64,000 nt of DNA from Candidatus Hermodarchaeota archaeon (GCA_048885925.1 JBHLLG010000002.1:1-64000), one strand, 5' to 3'. Positions 1 to 9,222 are shown, numbered from the stretch's first letter. Program-made: numbers and translations. Notes: generated by a model not told the origin, from the letters alone.

Positions 1-12
1 TTTATCATTCTA

Positions 13-64
13 ACTCGATGATTTATGAAAATATATCTAAAATTAAATATATTTGAATGAGTGT
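13..64 (+). promoter_or_regulatory. Putative tandem kink-turn (L7Ae-binding) element in the l7ae 5' leader, overlapping the RBS
   Basis: 8-bp stem AAAUAUAU(29-36)/AUAUAUUU(47-54) closed by tandem sheared GA pairs (27-28/55-56) after an N-R-U bulge (UAU 24-26); second GA/GA tandem (20-21/59-60) after bulge GAU (17-19) with U22.U58 and U23-A57, as in C/D-type k-turns; the 3' strand includes the SD-like GAGTGTGA (59-66). Confidence 0.55.
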
Positions 65-72
65 GATTAAAA

Positions 73-444
73 ATTTCGTATGTTAAAATTAAAATTCCTG
101 ACAAATTAAAAAGCCAAATTAAAACGACATTAAGTCAAATTGCCGAAACTAGAGATTCCAAAATTAGGAAAGGTATGAATGAAGTGACTAAATCAATTGA
201 ACGAGTTCAAGCGAAGTTTGTAGTGATGGCTGAGGATGTTAGTCCACCAGAGATATTATTCCATATTCCGCTCTTGTGTGAAGAAAAAGGTATCCCTTAT
301 GGTTATCTAACTACTAAAAAAGAGTTAGGAAACACAGTAAGAATTAATGTACCTGCAAGTGCAATTGCTATTGAAAACGTTGGTACTGGAAATGAAGGCA
401 TAATGAATGACGTAATTAAGAATTTAAAAGAAATTAAGAAATAA
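73..444 (+). CDS. rpl7ae: 50S ribosomal protein L7Ae (eL8), probable ATT start
   Basis: KIRKGMNEVTKSIER...AEDVSPPEILFHIPLLCEEKGIPY is the L7Ae signature. The frame is open upstream of the ATG at 175 to a TGA at 64-66 and encodes the conserved N-terminus (I/M)SYVKIKIPDKL; no ATG/GTG/TTG lies between 67 and 174, and ATT at 73 is 6 nt after GTGTGA. Confidence 0.93.
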   Translation: MSYVKIKIPDKLKSQIKTTLSQIAETRDSKIRKGMNEVTKSIERVQAKFVVMAEDVSPPEILFHIPLLCEEKGIPYGYLTTKKELGNTVRINVPASAIAIENVGTGNEGIMNDVIKNLKEIKK

Positions 445-463
445 ATTATATTGGTGAAATTTA

Positions 464-709
464 TTGGTAAAGTTGGATAAAGGTAAAGGAGTTTCTGTGG
501 ATGATCAGTCGATACCTGCTCAAGTTATTCAAGTAATTGGACGTACAGGTCTTACTGGAGAAATTACCCAAATCAAAGTTCGCATTCTGGAGGGACCTGA
601 TAAGAATCGTATCTTAACTCGAAATGTAAAAGGACCTATTAGAATGGATGATATTGTTATTTTACGGGAAGTAGAAAGAGAAGCACGTAAGATTCGAGGA
701 CGTAGATAA
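464..709 (+). CDS. rps28e: 30S ribosomal protein S28e
   Basis: [60 protein letters not shown]; TTG start 6 nt after GGTGA; follows l7ae as in other archaea. Confidence 0.96.
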   Translation: MVKLDKGKGVSVDDQSIPAQVIQVIGRTGLTGEITQIKVRILEGPDKNRILTRNVKGPIRMDDIVILREVEREARKIRGRR

Positions 710-780
710 ATATCTTTTCTTTTCTAAATTATAGAAATGAAAGTTGTAATTTTTTAATCTATCAAACTATTTTCAATTAT

Positions 781-1602
781 TTAGATCTTAAATTTGATTA
801 AATGATTTTTCAAGTCCTCTGCCAGAGTCCCTAATTTATGAGCCGTTGTTGAAACTTCCTCCATTGAAGCCGTCTGTTGAATAGTAGAAGCATTTATGCC
901 AGAAATTGAACTGGAGGTTGAATTCATTATATTTATGATCCCACCAACTTTCTCTTTAGTTACATCAACTGCATTTCTTGATTCCTCAGCGAGTTTTCGA
1001 ACTTCATCTGCCACAACTGCGAATCCACGACCATGATCACCTGCTCTTCCTGCTTCGATACTTGCGTTTAAGGCTAGTAGATTAATTTGCTCTGCAATAT
1101 TAGTAATTAGATCTATTATCTGCTGAATTTCATGTGATGATACTATCATTAATTGACTTTCTTTATCAACTTCCTGTGTTGTTAATGCGATTTCCTCTGT
1201 AGTGGCATTTACTTCACTAGCGCTTGCTGCAAGTTCTGATGCAATATTAGCAACCTGTATTGAACTCTCAGATGATTTTTGAATAACTTCCATTAGATTT
1301 TTCTGAGAAGTTGTGATAATCCTTAAAGCATAATTTATTGACAAAACTGTAACAATAATTAAGGCAGGATATACTATAATATTAGTAAACCATGAATTAT
1401 TGAAAATTGCTGATTGAAGACAAACAATAACAGCGATGAAAATTATCGTAGAAACCATTATAAAGGATACTTTAAATTGAATATTTTTACTAGTTTTTCC
1501 TAATTTTAAAAAGTAAATTAATGAAAGTAATAACCAACATACAAAAAGTAAAACAAAATTAAGATTATTATTATAATTTGCTTGAAATATCAATTTTCTC
1601 AC
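781..1602 (-). CDS. Methyl-accepting chemotaxis-like protein (3 TM segments + MCP signalling hairpin)
   Basis: [38 protein letters not shown] is the MCP signalling motif; hydrophobic N-terminus; start uncertain. Confidence 0.85.
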   Translation of the reverse strand: MRKLIFQANYNNNLNFVLLFVCWLLLSLIYFLKLGKTSKNIQFKVSFIMVSTIIFIAVIVCLQSAIFNNSWFTNIIVYPALIIVTVLSINYALRIITTSQKNLMEVIQKSSESSIQVANIASELAASASEVNATTEEIALTTQEVDKESQLMIVSSHEIQQIIDLITNIAEQINLLALNASIEAGRAGDHGRGFAVVADEVRKLAEESRNAVDVTKEKVGGIINIMNSTSSSISGINASTIQQTASMEEVSTTAHKLGTLAEDLKNHLIKFKI

Positions 1603-1820
1603 ATACGTATGTAATTCTATAAATATGTTTTTTGAAAAGAATTATGTAATTCTAAAAAAAAATACACATTTCTTTCTAATTAGTAATTAAATCTCTTTTT
1701 AAAGATACTTATTCTCTTTTTTGTTAGTAATAAGGTCACAAAAAATTAGACACAATATTTTTTCGAATTTCAAAATTTTAAACAATGATGGATTTCTGGA
1801 CCAATTTTTAATGAATTCTC

Positions 1821-2093
1821 TTAAGAATCAGATTTTTTCAATTGTCTCATCATTTTTCGATGATCCTTAATAATAACAAGGATACTTACTAAATATGCAA
1901 ATACAATAAGAATTACCCCAAATATCGTCATTAAGAGATTCCATATATCTAAAGCAGTGATTGATGAAACAAGTAATAAAATTCCAATAAACGTAAAAAA
2001 TCCGATAAAAATTAATATTCCTTGATATAATCTCAATTTTTCAATTAAAATATTTTTATATTTCGCAGATGGATCATTTTCAGTTTCGTTGAT
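1821..2093 (-). CDS. Small 2-TM membrane protein, possible ATC start
   Basis: ORF 1821-2036 has two hydrophobic helices; the frame is open to 2114, and GAGGTG (2107-2102) lies just upstream of an in-frame ATC at 2093. Confidence 0.55.
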   Translation of the reverse strand: MNETENDPSAKYKNILIEKLRLYQGILIFIGFFTFIGILLLVSSITALDIWNLLMTIFGVILIVFAYLVSILVIIKDHRKMMRQLKKSDS

Positions 2094-2294
2094 AAACTCA
2101 GCACCTCGTATTTTTTAAGATTTCTCCTTCTTTTATTTTACAGATTAATTCATATAAAATAAATCTTTTCACATTGGTTTGTATTTTATTAAAGATATTT
2201 GTTTTTAAAATTCAAAATTCATGAAAACATTTAAATAGATAATTTCATATATTGTAATTGGTTTACAAGATTCAAAAGTTGTGAAATATATAAA

Positions 2295-4061
2295 TTGATG
2301 ATGATGAATATGATCTCAAAGAAAGAATCAACTGTTTTAGAGGAATCAGAAGAGTACATAATAATTGGTGAAATGACGCATAAGGATCATCATCATCTTA
2401 GAAAATTATTAATTTTCATAATGATCTTAATTATTACTTTAACCTGCCTCCAATTCAACAAAACACAAAGTTATAATCATTATGAAAGGGTTCAGTTTGA
2501 ATCATCTGGGTCCCTTCTATATGCTAACTTATATTATCCCTCAAAAACTCTTGATTTTCAAGAAAGGCGCCCTTTAATAATTTATTGCCATGGAATCGGC
2601 TCTAAAAGGGATTTTGATCTTAGAATTCCCATCGAATTCACAAAAAGGGGTTTTTATGTTGCTGCTCTTGATTATCAAGGCCATGGCGAGAGTGGTGGAA
2701 ATATTAACAATATAGATCCTATAACGGGTATTCCTGCTTTAGCTCAAGATTGTACTAATTTATTAGATAAATTAGAAACAATGTCCTTTTACTTTGATGT
2801 TAATCTCTCTCAGATTGGATTAATCGGACATTCACTTGGAGGGATGATTGTTTTGATGAATCAAGCATTAGACTCCCGATTTAAAGTAACAGTTGCATTA
2901 GCTCCACTTGTTAATTTCAATCCACCAAGGTTTGGTTTTGTTTATAATGAAAATCTAATTTATTATATACCTGTTAATTTGCTTAATGAGGAAAATACTG
3001 AAAATTTATTGATAATACACCATGAAAATGATGAGATATTAGATTTTACTGAAAATGCGTTAAGGGCTCAGGAGTTAACGAATTGTACTGTTATTAAAAT
3101 TTCAGGGTTTCTACTTGGAGGAGCTCATCAATTATTTTCAGATAGTGTTCTTATTAAATCGATCGAATGGTTTGAGTGGCACTTTTTCAATTCCACTACT
3201 ATAAATGGACCTATTGATATTACGTTTTACTTCAATTATATATTAATTTTCATAAATATTCTAATAATTTTCATAACTATCATATCCTTAATATCTGTAT
3301 CAGCTAGTTTATTCTTCAGAAACAATAACAAGATTGATAAGCTTTATTCACTTAATTATAGAAAATTTGATAATTCAAATAAGAGAAGGCAAGTTATTAA
3401 ACCGATCGCTTATACTGGAGCGTTCTTACTAAATTGGATCTTATTTGAAAGAATTTTTGGTATGGTTGGAATTATTTATGGTTCAATTGGTATGATTTTA
3501 TTTTTTGCAGTAATTAAATTAGCGTTATATTTTAAAGAATCTAAAAATATAAGGTTCAATTTTATATTAAAAGAGAAAATTAAGTTGGAATTTAAGTTAA
3601 AGTATTCAATTTTTACAGCAATATGTGCAGCTTACTTTATTGGAATATATATGTTATTCTCATTTTATTACCCCTTCGGATTCATTTGGCCTTCTAATTT
3701 CGTTGTAGAATTTATATTAGGTTATTTAGCATTCCCTGTGTTTTTATCAGTAGAAATTTTGCTACGAAAATTAATTTATCCGAATTTAAAATTTTTAAAA
3801 TCAGAAAGTTCAAAGAATAGAATACTAATAATTACTTCTATTATAGTAACGGTAAGTTTGATGGGATTAATGCGAAAATTTTCATACTTTCCTTCTGTCT
3901 TATTCATGTACATAATATTCTTATTAGTAATTATTCAAAATACCAAAATATTTCAAAATGTGAATTCATTTTATCCGGTGGTCATAATTTCCTTTAGCAT
4001 TATTCAAATATTCTTTGCTACTGTACTATCTAATGCAATTGGAATCAGTATGGTTCTATAA
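2295..4061 (+). CDS. Alpha/beta-hydrolase with C-terminal multi-TM domain
   Basis: HGIG oxyanion motif, DYQGHGES, nucleophile elbow GHSLGG, followed by about 8 hydrophobic helices. Confidence 0.8.
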   Translation: MMMMNMISKKESTVLEESEEYIIIGEMTHKDHHHLRKLLIFIMILIITLTCLQFNKTQSYNHYERVQFESSGSLLYANLYYPSKTLDFQERRPLIIYCHGIGSKRDFDLRIPIEFTKRGFYVAALDYQGHGESGGNINNIDPITGIPALAQDCTNLLDKLETMSFYFDVNLSQIGLIGHSLGGMIVLMNQALDSRFKVTVALAPLVNFNPPRFGFVYNENLIYYIPVNLLNEENTENLLIIHHENDEILDFTENALRAQELTNCTVIKISGFLLGGAHQLFSDSVLIKSIEWFEWHFFNSTTINGPIDITFYFNYILIFINILIIFITIISLISVSASLFFRNNNKIDKLYSLNYRKFDNSNKRRQVIKPIAYTGAFLLNWILFERIFGMVGIIYGSIGMILFFAVIKLALYFKESKNIRFNFILKEKIKLEFKLKYSIFTAICAAYFIGIYMLFSFYYPFGFIWPSNFVVEFILGYLAFPVFLSVEILLRKLIYPNLKFLKSESSKNRILIITSIIVTVSLMGLMRKFSYFPSVLFMYIIFLLVIIQNTKIFQNVNSFYPVVIISFSIIQIFFATVLSNAIGISMVL

Positions 4062-4109
4062 ATTAAGAATTTTATTGTACTTTAAAAAGTTGTCCTAAGA
4101 TACATTTAT

Positions 4110-4622
4110 ATGTTTTACACGATTCTCGATGATTTAATTCTCTATCAGTTCTTACATTTTATTAAGAGATATTCCAATTATGAAATTAAACTATATAATT
4201 ACTTTTTTAAAAAAACACAAATAAATCCATACGTCATAATTCCTATTAGAATCGCGGATACTAATTATATATTTTTTTTTATTGATCAAAATAACTACTT
4301 TCAAGCAAAAACGTATTTGAACTCTATAAGACATGAAATTCGGAATAAAAAGATCTTGATAATTAGATTTGATAATATTCTAATAAATCTAATCTTCAAC
4401 TTTTTTCCTGATTTATGTATTCATGACATTAATATTAATGTGAATAATAAAGAAGGAAAATATGAAATTTCAATCTGCTTCTTAAGAAAATTAAATGCAT
4501 ATCACATAGCTATAGGTCAAGGAGGAAGTTATATAAAAGCGATCAATGAATTATTTGAAAGATATATTAATTTATATAATTATAATGTACCATTAACCAT
4601 CAAATGCAAAAAGGTTGATTAG
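4110..4622 (+). CDS. Divergent KH-domain protein, archaeal NusA-like
   Basis: C-terminal IAIGQGGSYIKAINELF resembles the KH GxxG loop of archaeal NusA; the rest is divergent. Confidence 0.45.
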   Translation: MFYTILDDLILYQFLHFIKRYSNYEIKLYNYFFKKTQINPYVIIPIRIADTNYIFFFIDQNNYFQAKTYLNSIRHEIRNKKILIIRFDNILINLIFNFFPDLCIHDININVNNKEGKYEISICFLRKLNAYHIAIGQGGSYIKAINELFERYINLYNYNVPLTIKCKKVD

Positions 4623-4623
4623 T

Positions 4624-5211
4624 TTAAAATTTAATGTCTCTAAGTTTGCTTAATTCAGCAATTAACCAACAGAGCTCGTCATAACTAGAGGAGGATTTAT
4701 ATATTTCCTCTGTTTTTTTCTTTATATCTTGTTCTGTAGGATTGTTCTTTAAAAGAGATAACTGTAATTCAGCTAGTTTTTTACATAAATCTTCATATAA
4801 GTGGTTTTCTTGTGATAAGTTATGAGCAGCTAACGTTATTTCAGCTTCTAAGTCAGGATCAATCCCTGCCTCAATCAGTTCCATTGTATCAACAATTTCT
4901 ATTTCTAGTTCAGGCCTTCTTTCAGAAGAAATATCTCCGGTTATACCTTTTCTTAAAATATCCATAATTGCTAAAAAAGAGCCGTATTCCTTATTTTGAT
5001 TATTAATTTGGATTTTTATGGATTTATTCCGATCATTTTTCATTTTTTCTGCTTTTTTTACACTTAATTCTTTCTTTTTTTTAGATGCTTTTGAGCCAAT
5101 CCATAAATAGATTATTTTAAAATCGTCTATTAAAAATACTTTATTTTCATTAAAATCAACTTTATTTGTCTTTCTTAAAGCACCAGTTTCAGTAATATTA
5201 TAGAAAAGCAT
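4624..5211 (-). CDS. Gelsolin-domain protein with C-terminal helical domain (Asgard 1DGelX-like)
   Basis: KVFLIDDFKIIYLWIGSKASKKKKELSVKKA matches the gelsolin repeat core; the C-terminus has two YE/DxLCxxxAEL repeats. Confidence 0.75.
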   Translation of the reverse strand: MLFYNITETGALRKTNKVDFNENKVFLIDDFKIIYLWIGSKASKKKKELSVKKAEKMKNDRNKSIKIQINNQNKEYGSFLAIMDILRKGITGDISSERRPELEIEIVDTMELIEAGIDPDLEAEITLAAHNLSQENHLYEDLCKKLAELQLSLLKNNPTEQDIKKKTEEIYKSSSSYDELCWLIAELSKLRDIKF

Positions 5212-5297
5212 GATTTTTCTTTAAAACTATAATATAGTACAAGTAAGTAAATTAGAGTTATAAATGTTAATTATTAGAAAAAGATGCAATAAAATGG

Positions 5298-5510
5298 TTA
5301 GGAACTTTCCTCAAAATATCCCAACAATTTAAGATTACTATATTCATTATGCAAAAAATCTCGTAGAGCCGTTCTTATTGCTTCAGACCTGCTGGCTACT
5401 ATCTTCATACCAATTAATTTTTTAATATTCTCATCATAAATATTGGGTAAATTAATCGTAATGTTTACCATTTTAGATTTCTTTTTTGACTCATTTTCTT
5501 CTTCTGCCAT
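5298..5510 (-). CDS. Ribbon-helix-helix (CopG/Arc/MetJ) transcriptional regulator
   Basis: MVNITINLPNIYDENIKKLIGMKIVASRSEAIRTALRDFL; probable ATG at 5510. Confidence 0.88.
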   Translation of the reverse strand: MAEEENESKKKSKMVNITINLPNIYDENIKKLIGMKIVASRSEAIRTALRDFLHNEYSNLKLLGYFEESS

Positions 5511-5777
5511 ATCTAAATCTCCAAGAAACTTCAAGTCTGAAATGATTTTATATTTGACAATATAGGTGAATCAGAATGTAGATAAGTTCCCTTCCCTTAA
5601 TCTTTCACTCTTTTTCAATATAGTATTATAAGTAAGTTATATTTTTAAAGTTGTTGAGTATTTAAAGCATTCAAAATCAGATATAAATTATTTTTATTGT
5701 TTAATTATATTGATGAACATTTCATATAATCAATTAATAGTATAGTTGAAAATATTTTAGTACATACGTAATATTTC

Positions 5778-6458
5778 TTAAGGGAAAAGTCTTTCTTCTG
5801 ATTTTACATATCTTCCACGGCTTTCGATGGCATTAATGTTTTTAATGATTTCATAGCATTCGATGGAATTCATTTTTTCATATTCTGATCTATAACCTTC
5901 GAGAAAGGCTTTAAAGCAGTTTTTATATTTCTTTCCATGAGATGATATTAATACTCTTTTAAATAAATGTATATCAACGCTTTTATCTTCTATTGTGTCT
6001 GAATAATCATGTAAACCAAAGTCAATTATAAAGATATCTTCGTTTTTTGTTATGATAATATTACTTGTAGTAATATCGCCATGAATATGCCCATTTATGT
6101 GAAGTTTAGCAATGTAATATCCAATTCTTTTAAAATATTCTTTGATCTTTTTCTCATTTAATGTATCCACAATATCTCTTAATTTCTGTCCTTTAACATA
6201 TTTCATTACTATTGTAGCATTTTGAGTGTCAATCTCGAATACTTGAGGGACTAAAAGACCATAATTTTTTACTTTAATCAATGCTTTTGCTTCGTTTAGT
6301 GTTCTTTCATTCCTTATTTTCAGATCCAATTCTTCTATCCGATATTGTTTTGGAATACGATGTTTGATGATAACTTCTTTATCAAACCAATTTCCATAAA
6401 AGAGACTCGCCTCAGCACCTTTATTAATTAATCTTTGTTTTTTAATATTGGAATTCAA
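5778..6458 (-). CDS. bud32: KEOPS complex kinase Bud32
   Basis: KGAEA, IIKHRIPKQYR, HGDITTSNII, IDFGL, EDKSVD motifs; directly downstream of kae1. Real start is probably TTG 6458 (or ATT 6464) rather than 6527. Confidence 0.93.
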   Translation of the reverse strand: MNSNIKKQRLINKGAEASLFYGNWFDKEVIIKHRIPKQYRIEELDLKIRNERTLNEAKALIKVKNYGLLVPQVFEIDTQNATIVMKYVKGQKLRDIVDTLNEKKIKEYFKRIGYYIAKLHINGHIHGDITTSNIIITKNEDIFIIDFGLHDYSDTIEDKSVDIHLFKRVLISSHGKKYKNCFKAFLEGYRSEYEKMNSIECYEIIKNINAIESRGRYVKSEERLFP

Positions 6459-6459
6459 T

Positions 6460-7470
6460 TTAATTTTCAGACCTCCATGGAATAGTGATTTGATCCATCC
6501 TCTCCTTCGGTTTAATAATCGTTTCAAAGATATTTTGTCCTCCTTCTGATAGATATCTTAAAATGCCCGTCCATCCAATCATTGCACCATTATCGCCAGC
6601 ATACTTTAAGGGTACAACCTCGAATTTAGCATCATGTTCATTACTAATATATTCAATCATTTGTTGGAGTCTTTTATTAGCCGCTACACCTCCAGTTAAA
6701 AGAACTTCATTTTTTTCAGTGTGAGCAAGTGCTCTTTCTGTAACCTCTGTCAACATACTAAAAGCTGTCTCTTGTAATGAATATGCAATATCGTTTAAGT
6801 TATATTTTTTATTATATTTCTCTGATTCTAACAGCCGTTTTGTTGCCGTATATAAACCTGAAAATGATAAATCCATCCCCTTAACAACGTAAGGTAATGG
6901 TAAATATTTTTTTGATTCTAATGCTAATTTTTCTATTTTTGGACCTCCTGGATGTTGTAGCCCAGCATCTCGGGCAAAAGAATCAATCATATTTCCTATC
7001 GGCAAATCTAAAGTTTCACCAAAAATTTGATATTTCTGTGATTCAAAAGCACTAACAATGGTATTTCCACCAGAAACGTATAAGGTTAATGGGTCAGTAA
7101 TATTACACATTAAACGCCCTATTTCAACATGTGCTATACAATGATTCACTCCTACTATTGGAATTTCCAATAAAAGGCTTAATGATCGTGCAACCCAAGC
7201 ACCAATTTTTAAAACAGGTCCTAAACCTGGACTTTGACTGAATGCAATTAAATTTAAATTCTTTATTGAGATTTTTGCTTCATTAAGAGCTTTATTAACA
7301 ATCTTCATAAAATTGTTTAAATGTTGCTCTCTAATTAGAGCAGGATGAAGCCCCCCCTCTTCAGGTATAAAAATATGATTTATTAAACTATATACGTTCC
7401 CATCAAAATCGAGAATTCCGACTGAAAATGTATGAGCTGTAGATTCAATACCTAAACATAATTTCTTCAT
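6460..7470 (-). CDS. kae1: tRNA N6-threonylcarbamoyladenosine synthase Kae1 (TsaD)
   Basis: LGIESTAHT, VNHCIAHVEIG, LYVSGGNT, GGVAAN, DNGAMI motifs. Confidence 0.97.
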   Translation of the reverse strand: MKKLCLGIESTAHTFSVGILDFDGNVYSLINHIFIPEEGGLHPALIREQHLNNFMKIVNKALNEAKISIKNLNLIAFSQSPGLGPVLKIGAWVARSLSLLLEIPIVGVNHCIAHVEIGRLMCNITDPLTLYVSGGNTIVSAFESQKYQIFGETLDLPIGNMIDSFARDAGLQHPGGPKIEKLALESKKYLPLPYVVKGMDLSFSGLYTATKRLLESEKYNKKYNLNDIAYSLQETAFSMLTEVTERALAHTEKNEVLLTGGVAANKRLQQMIEYISNEHDAKFEVVPLKYAGDNGAMIGWTGILRYLSEGGQNIFETIIKPKERMDQITIPWRSEN

Positions 7471-7584
7471 TCATTTCGCCAAATTTTCAATTCGCAATGG
7501 TGATTTTTAAGGGAAAAAAAGATTTTTTCAATAAAAAATGTATAGCTTTATTATTTCAGGTAAAGGATAACTCTATTACCTAAT

Positions 7585-7800
7585 TTAACCATCTATACTT
7601 TTAGTGCGTTTTCTAGGAGTCCTTCTTGTAGTTTTGCTCTTTGCAGCACCCTTTCTTTTAAATATAGTATACCCACAATTTCCACAAGACCATCTATCAT
7701 AATGATTAGCAAGGAAGAAACTTGGACCACATTTAGGACACGACCTATGAGTCCTCACTAACTTATTTTCTTCAATTTTATAATATTTTGATGAATCCAT
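7585..7800 (-). CDS. rps27ae: 30S ribosomal protein S27ae (eS31)
   Basis: YYKIE...CPKCGPSFFLANHYDRWSCGNCGYT zinc ribbon; conserved position after S24e. Confidence 0.95.
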   Translation of the reverse strand: MDSSKYYKIEENKLVRTHRSCPKCGPSFFLANHYDRWSCGNCGYTIFKRKGAAKSKTTRRTPRKRTKSIDG

Positions 7801-7824
7801 TTTAATCTTTATTTTAATTTATAA

Positions 7825-8178
7825 TTAATATTCAAATAGATGTTTATAAGGTTCTTTTCTTTTTTTTAATTGAATGATTTCTGTTCTCTTTTCTTTTTCA
7901 AGATTTCGTACTTGAATGTGAAATGGTTCGAAGTATTGGAGCTCTTTTGCATCTTTGTATATATATGCTTTACCAATAGTATAAGATGCTCCAAAATGGG
8001 TTTTAAGATTTCTTACAATAGTAAGCTTTTCATTACTACCTTGAAGCGCCGCAATTTTTTTCTTGACTTCCAATCTATTTGGAGAGCTAGCTCCAAAATG
8101 ATCAATTCTAAATGTGATTTCTGTTCGATCAATTAACGGGTTCTTTTTCTCTTCCGTTATTTCAATATTTAATGACAT
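7825..8178 (-). CDS. rps24e: 30S ribosomal protein S24e
   Basis: EEKKNPLIDRTEI...SPNRLEVKKKIAA...TIVRNLKTHFG...GKAYIY. Confidence 0.95.
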   Translation of the reverse strand: MSLNIEITEEKKNPLIDRTEITFRIDHFGASSPNRLEVKKKIAALQGSNEKLTIVRNLKTHFGASYTIGKAYIYKDAKELQYFEPFHIQVRNLEKEKRTEIIQLKKRKEPYKHLFEY

Positions 8179-8328
8179 TTTTGCTGTACTTCCTTTTTAA
8201 AGTCAATTGTCTCTACTGAATAAAGATTTTTACAATATTATAACAATCAAAAGTATAGATAAAAAATAAAATTTTGGTTTTTAATGGAATTGAGACTTAT
8301 ATCTAAAGAAAAAAATGTTATCAAATCC

Positions 8329-8916
8329 TTAGAACTGGTCCATTATTGAAATGACTCTTTTAACCTTTTCTTGAATATTTTTATCAACATCAACAATTAC
8401 AATTCCTTCGGGAATAACAAAATTAGAATCAGTGATAGGAGGTTGACCATAAAATGCAAAATTTTTTACTCCTTTCAATATAGGAATTTCAAGTATAAGT
8501 GGGAGTATTAACAAATCTTCTTCTCCATTAATTATTTTAATTAATGTTTTTTTCTGAGATCTAATAATTTCTCTAAAGAGTTGCCAACAATCCTTGTTTA
8601 TGGTTCCCTCGGGGTTTTGAAATTCGATAGTTTGTTCAAAAAATTCCTCAAATTCTAAATTAATTTGATTTCTTTGGGTTTTTTCATCTATAATACAGAC
8701 TCTAATAAAGCTTTTCAAGAAATCATTAGAAAGAAAATCTTTAGCTACAATATCTCCTACAATGTAAAAATTTATAATGTTATTGGATTTTACACAATCT
8801 TGAAAGATATTTTTTACTTGAATAATTGTTTCCTCTCGAGAACCAGCTATTAAAATATCAAGGGGTTCTGTAAATAAATGTCTTTTATCATAAGGAATTC
8901 GTAAATTGTAATCCAT
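8329..8916 (-). CDS. DUF359 family GTP-dependent dephospho-CoA kinase
   Basis: VGDIV, IIDEKTQR, NPEGTI, NGEEDLL, YGQP motifs; conserved position between spt4 and rps24e. Confidence 0.88.
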   Translation of the reverse strand: MDYNLRIPYDKRHLFTEPLDILIAGSREETIIQVKNIFQDCVKSNNIINFYIVGDIVAKDFLSNDFLKSFIRVCIIDEKTQRNQINLEFEEFFEQTIEFQNPEGTINKDCWQLFREIIRSQKKTLIKIINGEEDLLILPLILEIPILKGVKNFAFYGQPPITDSNFVIPEGIVIVDVDKNIQEKVKRVISIMDQF

Positions 8917-9007
8917 TTAAATCAAGAATATTAAGACAGAGTTTTATATAATGTTTACTAAGAAATTAAGATAAGGAAAAATATAACGAGTAATGTAGCG
9001 CTTTTTT

Positions 9008-9196
9008 TTAGCGTACTCTTAAGGCGTATTTCCCTGGGTAATGGATCTTAAGATATTCAGCAAACTTAGATTCTTGAGGATTAATAATAATAACCTCTCC
9101 AGTAAAATCTTCGCTAAGAGTATGCGTCTTACACTTAGGGCAAATTGTTTCGTTCTTGGTTATTAAATGGCAAGTTTTACATGCTTTTTCTTTTAT
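9008..9196 (-). CDS. spt4: Transcription elongation factor Spt4 (RpoE''), ATA start, absent from the ORF track
   Basis: Manual translation: (M)KEKACKTCHLITKNETICPKCKTHTLSEDFTGEVIIINPQESKFAEYLKIHYPGKYALRVR*. In-frame TGA at 9205-9203, no ATG/GTG/TTG available; ATA 9196 is 6 nt after AGGTGA. Confidence 0.93.
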   Translation of the reverse strand: MKEKACKTCHLITKNETICPKCKTHTLSEDFTGEVIIINPQESKFAEYLKIHYPGKYALRVR

Positions 9197-9222
9197 AATT
9201 ACTCACCTATTATTCAAATTCA

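Noticed and set aside
6459-6527. Kae1-Bud32 fusion or long functional overlap
   Set aside because: The two genes are in different frames with a proper kae1 stop; the 5' extension of the Bud32 ORF is an ORF-caller artefact.
7585-7830. Ubiquitin-S27a fusion as in eukaryotes
   Set aside because: S27ae starts at its own ATG about 25 nt after the S24e stop; no ubiquitin-like sequence is present.
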